A stretch of 39,388 nt of DNA from a virus. Taxonomy: Duplodnaviria; Caudoviricetes. The translations under genes and the position numbers were made by a program. This document shows positions 33,279 through 39,388 of the stretch, in pieces. The stretch's first letter is position 1. Each line of letters starts with the position of its first letter. The stretch is from the IMG/VR virus record IMGVR_UViG_3300037657_000017, positions 1 through 39,388 of that record, one strand, 5' to 3'. Under the pieces are notes generated by a model that was not told where the DNA came from, did no database searches, and was given only the letters and a program-made list of their open reading frames with translations.

Positions 33279-34175
33279 ATGGTTAAGAGCGGTCAAGCAT
33301 GTGCCGAGGCGTTCGTCTGTCTGCTGAATGGCGCGCCGACAGCGCCGACAGTCGGGCCAGCGGGAACACTCTACGTCAACGGCGTCGCAAATGGGGCGGC
33401 TGTGACGATCACTGGCGCGAATCCCTACAAATGGGCGGTGACGCTGCCAGCCCTCACGGCGGGCGATTTGGTGAGCATGTACATCACCGCGACAATTGAC
33501 GGCACATCGCGCTCGGCGTTCGTCTGGCAGGAATCAGCCGATACCAAGCGCGTGAGTGACCTCGTTGACGCGGCGGCGGCGCCAACGGCGCAGGCCATCG
33601 AGGATGAAGTGCTCAATGCTCTCACCTCTGCGCATCAGACAACAGGCAGCGTCGGCAAGGCAATCAGCGACGCGGGCGCAGCGGGCGATCCCTGGGCGGC
33701 GACAACGCGCACACTGACCAGCACAGCAGCGGCGACAGCAGCGGCGGTATCAGGCAGCGTTCTGGCCATCACGCGTTATGCCACATACGACGCGACGATT
33801 TCCAGCCTGACGATTCAATCCACATGGACAGCGGTCAAGTTCACCATCAAGCGTGACCCGTCCGACGCCGACAGCGCAGCATGGTTGCAGATGATCGTGA
33901 GCAATCCGGCGGCGGCGAGCACGGACGGCGTGCTCTACGTCAACGGCGTCGCGGCAACGGTCGCACAGCGCACGCAGGGCAGCCTGACCGTCTCACAGTC
34001 CGGCGGCACATGCGCCATTCATCTGAGCGATGACTTGACGGCGGCACTCGAAGAGATGGCTGACTACGGGTACGACATGAAACAGTACTACACAGACGGC
34101 ACAGAGACGAAGAGTACGGTCCTGACCCGCAGCACGGTTAGCTGCACAGCGACAGAGACGGCGGCATTGGCATAG
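33279..34175 (+). CDS. Tail/baseplate protein with C-terminal BppU-like Ig domain
   Basis: Ala/Thr-rich; VKFTIKR...AIHLSDDLT...YGYDMK pattern. Confidence 0.6.
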   Translation: MVKSGQACAEAFVCLLNGAPTAPTVGPAGTLYVNGVANGAAVTITGANPYKWAVTLPALTAGDLVSMYITATIDGTSRSAFVWQESADTKRVSDLVDAAAAPTAQAIEDEVLNALTSAHQTTGSVGKAISDAGAAGDPWAATTRTLTSTAAATAAAVSGSVLAITRYATYDATISSLTIQSTWTAVKFTIKRDPSDADSAAWLQMIVSNPAAASTDGVLYVNGVAATVAQRTQGSLTVSQSGGTCAIHLSDDLTAALEEMADYGYDMKQYYTDGTETKSTVLTRSTVSCTATETAALA

Positions 34176-34241
34176 CGCTGGACGTCGTGCGCATCGTACA
34201 GATAGGCCGGCGGCGACACGCCGGAGGGCAGGGGCAGGGGT

Positions 34242-34595
34242 ATGGAAGCATCGCAAGTAGTGAACATTGGGCAGACGTGGGCGGTCTATTTCCCGGCGTT
34301 GGCGCTGGCGGTGGCCTGTTTGTGGGTACTCTGGCAATTCACGACGAAGTCGCTCAAGGAACACAGAGATGACCGCGATAAGTGGCTAGCATCTCTCACG
34401 CAGTTGACCGACGCGTTTCGCGATGAGCGCGCCCAGGACAAGGCGTACCAGGATGATATGCGCCGGGGCATGGCAACGGCGATGGCAACGGCAAGCGAAG
34501 TGCTCAAGGAATTGGTCGAGCATCGCAAGGCCAGTGAACCGGCAGCGAAGGTCATCATGGACGCGGAACCGCACCCCAAGCGGCGCGCCAATTAG
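34242..34595 (+). CDS. Holin-like protein (1 TM plus coiled coil)
   Basis: N-terminal TM followed by charged helix; directly after tail genes. Confidence 0.55.
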   Translation: MEASQVVNIGQTWAVYFPALALAVACLWVLWQFTTKSLKEHRDDRDKWLASLTQLTDAFRDERAQDKAYQDDMRRGMATAMATASEVLKELVEHRKASEPAAKVIMDAEPHPKRRAN

Positions 34596-34621
34596 CACGT
34601 TGACAACCGTATAGGAGTGAC

Positions 34622-35554
34622 ATGGCACACGCACATGTTTTTGTGTCTGACCCGCACTACGCAAGCCGGTTCGGGCTGTGCAGGCCGGGGACGGTGCTTC
34701 TCGACCACCTTGACGGCGTGCGTGACTACATCCTGGAATGCAATACGCACGCCCGTACACAATGGCTACCGTCTATCGTTGGGGATATACCGCGCATCGT
34801 CTACTTCACGGGCGATCTCGTTGACGGCACAAACAAGAAATCTATGATGGTCACAGACGATGAGACAGAGCAGTCGGATATGGCCGTTGACGGGCTGAAA
34901 CTGTGGTGCGACGGCGCTGAGTGTTCCTATGCTGTGGCGGGGACTGAGTACCACAGCGGCAAGGGTGGCAAGTGGGACAATCATATCGCCAAGCTCCTGG
35001 GCGTCAAGCCTGACGACGCCGGCGCATATGCCCGTCCGCACCTGTTTACCACCTATGACGGCGTGATGTTTGACATCGCACACCACATCGGCAACACGTT
35101 TGTGCCAGCATCGAAGTACACGCCATTGCAACGTGAGTTTGTAGCGGCTGCTGTCTCAGCATGGGGCGGTGAATGGCCGAAAGCGGACTGGATTATTCGG
35201 GCGCATTCGCACCACTATCGTTGGATACCGGAAGACGAGGAAGCGCCGAACATCCTGACGCTACCAGGCTGGCAGGCCGCTGGCCCATACGTCAACAAGA
35301 TTGTGCGATCTGCGCCGTTTGCCATTGGCCTGTGCGTTATCATCACGGATAACGGCACGGCGAAGCTACACCGCAAGTTGTATAAATGGGCGACGCCCAA
35401 AGTGGAGGTATCAGGGTGGACAGCACCGGCACAGCAGCAGACCCCAAGCCCCGTTTCTCAGCCGAGCAACTCAACGCCTGGCTCAGTGAAGCCTTCGATG
35501 ATCGACCGGATACGCAGCCGGTTGACTACCACGGACGCACCTGCAAAGAGCTAG
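34622..35554 (+). CDS. Calcineurin-like metallophosphoesterase
   Basis: SDPH, TGDLVDG, GTEYH, AHH, AHSH metal-binding motifs. Confidence 0.85.
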   Translation: MAHAHVFVSDPHYASRFGLCRPGTVLLDHLDGVRDYILECNTHARTQWLPSIVGDIPRIVYFTGDLVDGTNKKSMMVTDDETEQSDMAVDGLKLWCDGAECSYAVAGTEYHSGKGGKWDNHIAKLLGVKPDDAGAYARPHLFTTYDGVMFDIAHHIGNTFVPASKYTPLQREFVAAAVSAWGGEWPKADWIIRAHSHHYRWIPEDEEAPNILTLPGWQAAGPYVNKIVRSAPFAIGLCVIITDNGTAKLHRKLYKWATPKVEVSGWTAPAQQQTPSPVSQPSNSTPGSVKPSMIDRIRSRLTTTDAPAKS

Positions 35555-35712
35555 CGCGGCGCTGGCAAGTGAGCGACGAAAAGGCAATGGAGCGCATACA
35601 CGACATGGTTGACATGGGGCGGATGAAGTGCGTCTTTGAGAAGCGGCTGACGTATGCCGGGTATTCATCGGCGCGGCCTGTCTACATCGAGTTGGGGGAG
35701 CGCGGCGTATGA
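35416..35712 (+). CDS. Winged-helix-like protein
   Basis: GGAGG RBS plus GTG; TCKELARRWQVSDEKAMERIHDMVDMG HTH followed by a wing. Confidence 0.6.
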   Translation: MDSTGTAADPKPRFSAEQLNAWLSEAFDDRPDTQPVDYHGRTCKELARRWQVSDEKAMERIHDMVDMGRMKCVFEKRLTYAGYSSARPVYIELGERGV

Positions 35713-35903
35713 CCCCACTCGCACCGCAGCCCACATGCCCCGAATGTGACAGCCCCAACGTGGTGCAGGTTATCCCGGTCACGTTCGGCGTGCTGGAATG
35801 CCTGGACTGTCACACGGTCTGGAATGAGGAATCAATGCCGGAGAACGCACACGACCGCGCACCGCACAAGGCGATACGCAAGATGAGGAAGGGGGACGCG
35901 TGA
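35709..35903 (+). CDS. Zn-ribbon protein
   Basis: CPEC...CLDC. Confidence 0.65.
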   Translation: MTPLAPQPTCPECDSPNVVQVIPVTFGVLECLDCHTVWNEESMPENAHDRAPHKAIRKMRKGDA

Positions 35904-36517
35904 CGCGCACAACAATATTGTTGTTCATAGCGATTTTGCTATGTTCCTGCAATCCGGCGCCAACAGTCGCGCCCGTGACGCCAATCCCTACGCCGACGTC
36001 GACGCCACAAGCCACGGCAACGCCTGTCGTGTGTCCGTCCGTCGCTCTTGCCGTCTCCGTCTATGAGCTGCTGCCATCCGGCTACGGCGGCCCGCCAATC
36101 GCAGGCGCGGTGCTGACATTCCTACCCATATACGAAGGGGAGGGTGTGTCATTGGTAACAGGCGAATCAGGCCATGCCGTGACACGCATCACGCCGGGAA
36201 CCTGGGAATTGATAAGCTACGTGCTGCCTGTGGGCTTCGTTCCCATGCAGGATACTGAGGCATATGGCTGGCCGGAGTACGTCTACGCGTCGCCGGGTGC
36301 TGACAACGTGCTGACGTTCTTCGTGCATCGCATCGCGCCAACAGCCACGCCGACTGTGCCAGGTGCGACGCCGACGCCCGCACCGTATCAATGCCCGTCC
36401 TATCAGACTATGTGCCGTGTGACGTGCGAGGCGAATCAGGTTGTCAATCCGCTGGGACTTTGCGGACAAGGGTTCGTCTGTTGCGCGGTCAAGCCGACAG
36501 CAACGGCTGTACCATAG
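35900..36517 (+). CDS. Lipoprotein with PT linkers, beta-sandwich domain and C-terminal six-Cys module
   Basis: Lipobox-like LCSC; PTPT linkers; GAVLTF...TGESGHA pattern of carboxypeptidase-regulatory-like domains; C-x6-C-x3-C-x11-C-x5-CC. Confidence 0.75.
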   Translation: MTRTTILLFIAILLCSCNPAPTVAPVTPIPTPTSTPQATATPVVCPSVALAVSVYELLPSGYGGPPIAGAVLTFLPIYEGEGVSLVTGESGHAVTRITPGTWELISYVLPVGFVPMQDTEAYGWPEYVYASPGADNVLTFFVHRIAPTATPTVPGATPTPAPYQCPSYQTMCRVTCEANQVVNPLGLCGQGFVCCAVKPTATAVP

Positions 36518-36530
36518 GGAGGGGGAGCAT

Positions 36531-36604
36531 ACGGGATTGGTCTAATGGCAGGGCAGTCGCCTCCAAAGCGACAGGTGGGTGTTCGATTCACTTATCCCGT
36601 GCCA
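36531..36604 (+). tRNA. trnW: tRNA-Trp(CCA)
   Basis: Acceptor ACGGGAT/ATCCCGT, G73 and encoded CCA; anticodon arm GTCGC-CTCCAAA-GCGAC; TTCGATT T-loop. Confidence 0.93.
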
Positions 36605-36635
36605 ATGTTCATTTGGAAGGCATTAGGAGGATACC

Positions 36636-36995
36636 ATGATTTACAGTGTTGAGTCGTACCTGATTGACCGACCGACGCACGACAAGCCGCGCCAATGTCC
36701 GTATGCGCTGGTTCTGGGCGCGAGTAAGGGCGGCAGCATGGTCGAACGCTGCGGGCGCATGGAGCATCACGACGGGCCACACGCCTTCACAACTGGCGGG
36801 GAGTATGACGGCAAGACGCCGTCTGTTTTGCTGCATGTCGAATGGGCGACGGTTCAGGCTGATGACGCGTTCGCAATACAGCGAGATTGGTCAGAAGCCT
36901 GCAAAGAGGGCAAGACCATACCGAAGGGGCTGATACCAAAGCAGGGGCTGCGGCACCGTCCCAATGAGCATTGCGACTGCGGGGGAGAGGAATGA
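36636..36995 (+). CDS. Hypothetical protein
   Basis: GGAGG RBS; C...C...HHDGPH motif. Confidence 0.6.
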   Translation: MIYSVESYLIDRPTHDKPRQCPYALVLGASKGGSMVERCGRMEHHDGPHAFTTGGEYDGKTPSVLLHVEWATVQADDAFAIQRDWSEACKEGKTIPKGLIPKQGLRHRPNEHCDCGGEE

Positions 36996-37186
36996 AACGC
37001 ATACGCGCCTGGTGGTGCGCGAGGTTCGGGCATGATTGGCGCTTCGTGCGCTACCATGTCAAGACGTTCATCGGCTCGGACATCCCAGACCTCGTGATTG
37101 ACGAGGAATGCGCACGGTGCGGGGAGACGCGAGCGCGTGTCGTTGGCCCGGTGCGCGTCACGATGACGGTGGAGGTGGAGAAGTGA
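36992..37186 (+). CDS. DUF1660-like small prophage protein
   Basis: CARFGHDW...CARCG motif. Confidence 0.65.
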   Translation: MKRIRAWWCARFGHDWRFVRYHVKTFIGSDIPDLVIDEECARCGETRARVVGPVRVTMTVEVEK

Positions 37187-38370
37187 ACGCTTACGTCAAG
37201 GAATTGATCGCGCTGCGCCAGTCAACAGGCTGGCCCACCAAGCGGGCTATCCATGCCAGCGACCAAGCGGGCGACACATGGGACGGTTTCTACAAGCATC
37301 AAGTCTCGCGTTGGGTACAAGGCGGCTTCTCTGGCGTCAAGATCATCGCGCACGGCGATAACCAGGTCAACACGATCATCGAAGCCAACAAGGTCAACTA
37401 TCGCCCGGTCTGGATAGTGCGCTTCTATGGCAACAATGCGCCTGATGACATCATTGATACCAACATCGTCAAGAAGTACGTCGCCCAGGGCGTGCGTTTC
37501 TTTGAGTGTACCGCAAACGAGTGGTACGCGTCGCACGAAAACAAGTGGGGGCGTGCTGGACAGGCTATGCCTGCCGATTGGCCGGAGCAGATCGCCCACC
37601 AGTTCGGGATGCAAGCGGCGGCTATCCTCTCTGCCGGCGGCGTGCCGATCACGCCTGCCTTTGAGCCGTGGCATTGGGACAAGTTTGCAGCGCTGTTTAC
37701 TGTGCTGTGCGAGGACTACGCCAGCGTGCTACGTCAATCAGTCGTGGGCGGGCATTGGCGCACGCTCAACCATCCCCCGGAGTGGCACAAAGACCCCGGC
37801 TGCTATCTGGGATGGAAAGACGTTGACGCCTTCCTGTTTGCCAAGATGGGCGAGCATCTGCCGCTGATTTGCACCGAGGCGGGCCCTGAGCCGCTGTGGG
37901 ACGATGATAAGACGCTGCCGCCGGTCAGTGTGGATATGCACGCTGATTGGGTCAAGCAGATACTCGCCTACCCAACGCCTGACTGGTATCTGTTTGATTG
38001 CCTCTGGGAGTGGAAAGGACGGGGCGGCTTTGCACGGGCAAGCTACATCGAGAACCCACTAATGCAAGGCGCTGATCTTCCCGTCGTCAACCTGCTCCAG
38101 ACGTGGCGACCGGATGCGCCGACGCCGACATTCACCGATGACGGCTTGCGTGCCTATGGCGAATCGAAGCCGTCCGAAATCCGCATATTCACGGGCGCGG
38201 GGCTGTACAAACGCAGCCTTGAGCTACAAGCTGGCTTTCCAGAAACCAATGAGTGGACAGCGCACGGGCGCATCTGGCAAAAGTACCAGTGGATGATCGG
38301 CTCATGTCGTGACAAGACGTATGACGACATGCGCTTTGTGGAGCGCACGGATGTGAGACGACCGACGTAG
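37183..38370 (+). CDS. Clan GH-A TIM-barrel glycoside hydrolase, candidate endolysin
   Basis: IVRFY, ECTANE (acid/base NE), GGHW, PLICTEAG (nucleophile), CLWEW; located in the lysis region. Confidence 0.7.
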   Translation: MNAYVKELIALRQSTGWPTKRAIHASDQAGDTWDGFYKHQVSRWVQGGFSGVKIIAHGDNQVNTIIEANKVNYRPVWIVRFYGNNAPDDIIDTNIVKKYVAQGVRFFECTANEWYASHENKWGRAGQAMPADWPEQIAHQFGMQAAAILSAGGVPITPAFEPWHWDKFAALFTVLCEDYASVLRQSVVGGHWRTLNHPPEWHKDPGCYLGWKDVDAFLFAKMGEHLPLICTEAGPEPLWDDDKTLPPVSVDMHADWVKQILAYPTPDWYLFDCLWEWKGRGGFARASYIENPLMQGADLPVVNLLQTWRPDAPTPTFTDDGLRAYGESKPSEIRIFTGAGLYKRSLELQAGFPETNEWTAHGRIWQKYQWMIGSCRDKTYDDMRFVERTDVRRPT

Positions 38371-38383
38371 CATGGAGGAAACA

Positions 38384-38653
38384 ATGGATGCAACTGTGAC
38401 CGTCAACATCTCGGAGTGTGAGCACGAGCTGGAGCATTGCCCGTGCTGCGATACGGTGCGCTGCAAGAAGTGTGGCAAGGTGTGGGGCGGCGAGACCAAG
38501 CGACTAGACTATCCAGACCCACAGCCGTATATTGGCAAAGAGACATGGCCGCAACGATGGGAGTGGGGGTGGCCTGGCCCTAATTCTACAGGCGGCTCCA
38601 GAAGTATGAGCGGGGAATCGTGGCTGCGAAGATTGGGGAATGGGATAAGGTAA
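38384..38653 (+). CDS. Small Cys/His-rich protein
   Basis: GGAGG RBS; CEH...CPCC...CKKC. Confidence 0.6.
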   Translation: MDATVTVNISECEHELEHCPCCDTVRCKKCGKVWGGETKRLDYPDPQPYIGKETWPQRWEWGWPGPNSTGGSRSMSGESWLRRLGNGIR

Positions 38654-38666
38654 GGACGGTGAAGCG

Positions 38667-38888
38667 ATGACCTGGCAATATCGCCTGATGCGCCGCTCAT
38701 GCTCTGGCCCTGCGTGGTACGAGATTGTGCGCTACTACACCGAAGAGGACGGCTCGCACAGTTGGTCAACTGGCATTCATGCGCCAAGTGGTCAGACGCC
38801 GGAGGAATGCAAAGAAGACTACGCGCTGATGGCCGAGGCGTTCGCAATGCCGGTGTTGGATGAGGCGTTACTAACAGAAACGGGGTAA
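38667..38888 (+). CDS. Hypothetical phage protein
   Basis: MTWQYRLM...YY...W...AEAFAMPVL pattern. Confidence 0.7.
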   Translation: MTWQYRLMRRSCSGPAWYEIVRYYTEEDGSHSWSTGIHAPSGQTPEECKEDYALMAEAFAMPVLDEALLTETG

Positions 38889-38890
38889 AA

Positions 38891-38947
38891 CGATAATAGC
38901 AAATCGGCTATTATCGGATGTGTGCATAACGGACATCGCTATGCACA
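38891..38947. repeat. Two tandem inverted repeats upstream of the holin
   Basis: CGATAATAGC-N6-GCTATTATCG (38891-38916) and TGTGCATA-N11-TATGCACA (38921-38947). Confidence 0.8.
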
Positions 38948-38968
38948 GATGTGTGAATAGTGGAGGGT

Positions 38969-39253
38969 ATGATGGACTGTATCAGCTTTTGGGTGTGGAT
39001 TGGCAGCGGTGTCTTCATCGTGCCACTGCTCGCGTTCCTCAAGGCATTGCCCGGCGTGGGCGTCTATGTCGAGCGCTACGCCATGTGGGTTGCGCCGATC
39101 CTGGCTGCGCTCGCGCCGCAGATCGCCCAGGTGTTCACTGGCTACTGTGCGGTGATTGACCCGGCGTTGTGGGCGTTCATCTACGCCGGCGCGGTGTACC
39201 TTGTGTCTCAGCTTGCGTACTGGGCGTCGAAGAAAGCGGGCTTGAAGGTCTAG
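38969..39253 (+). CDS. Holin-like protein (3 TM)
   Basis: Three hydrophobic segments and basic C-terminus; last late gene. Confidence 0.7.
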   Translation: MMDCISFWVWIGSGVFIVPLLAFLKALPGVGVYVERYAMWVAPILAALAPQIAQVFTGYCAVIDPALWAFIYAGAVYLVSQLAYWASKKAGLKV

Positions 39254-39388
39254 GCGTTACCATGCGGGGGTGCTACACCTGCTCCTAGCCGTCACTGGCA
39301 GGTACAGAGACGCACAGTCTCAGGCTGAGGCGCGAGCCCAACGGTCTAGCCGGATAGCAGATAGGGCAGCCCCCCCCCCCCGCCTGTT

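Larger units (their letters stand above)
1..39388. mobile_element. Temperate siphovirus / prophage genome, probably near complete
   Basis: All modules from integrase to lysis are present and no host genes are seen. Confidence 0.93.

Noticed and set aside
33369-33952. 20-nt repeat CTCTACGTCAACGGCGTCGC as DGR template/variable repeat
   Set aside because: Short in-frame duplication of LYVNGVA, no adenine-specific differences and no reverse transcriptase in the window
36531-36604. Suppressor tRNA or genetic-code reassignment
   Set aside because: Anticodon is standard CCA and core genes are uninterrupted under code 11
39264-39370. TPP riboswitch or twister ribozyme resemblance
   Set aside because: Lacks UGAGA and ACCUGAU...GCG of TPP; twister L1/T1/T2 elements cannot be placed

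Overview
The window looks like a near-complete or complete temperate siphovirus genome (HK97-type head, long non-contractile tail), roughly 60% GC by eye. Left to right: lysogeny module on the minus strand (large serine integrase, FxLYD membrane protein, HTH-only repressor), then an early operon (RHH regulator, Bet/RecT recombinase, Gam/gp157-like protein, AAA replication helicase followed by an iteron-like origin, many small ORFs, HNH-AP2 endonuclease). Next come packaging and head genes (terminase, portal fused to a MuF domain, protease, capsid), a tail module containing a glycosyltransferase and an antisense HNH cassette, and a dispersed lysis region (two holin-like genes, a GH-A-clan glycoside hydrolase, a metallophosphoesterase, tRNA-Trp). 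An AGAAC-N4-GTTCT LexA box and Pro/Thr-rich exported proteins suggest a Chloroflexota host (inference). The most unusual signals are non-coding: (1) a ~460-nt heavily nested structured RNA candidate (6087-6567) directly upstream of a tandem KOW/SH3-like protein; (2) a LexA-gated promoter firing antisense into the repressor gene and encoding a small Zn-finger protein; (3) a self-contained HNH cassette whose cloverleaf leader has a loop complementary to its own ribosome-binding site; (4) a DUF2292-like micro-ORF plus terminator in front of the late genes; (5) a hairpin loop complementary to a start-associated repeat shared by three early genes. All family assignments come from motif recognition by eye; no database searches were run.
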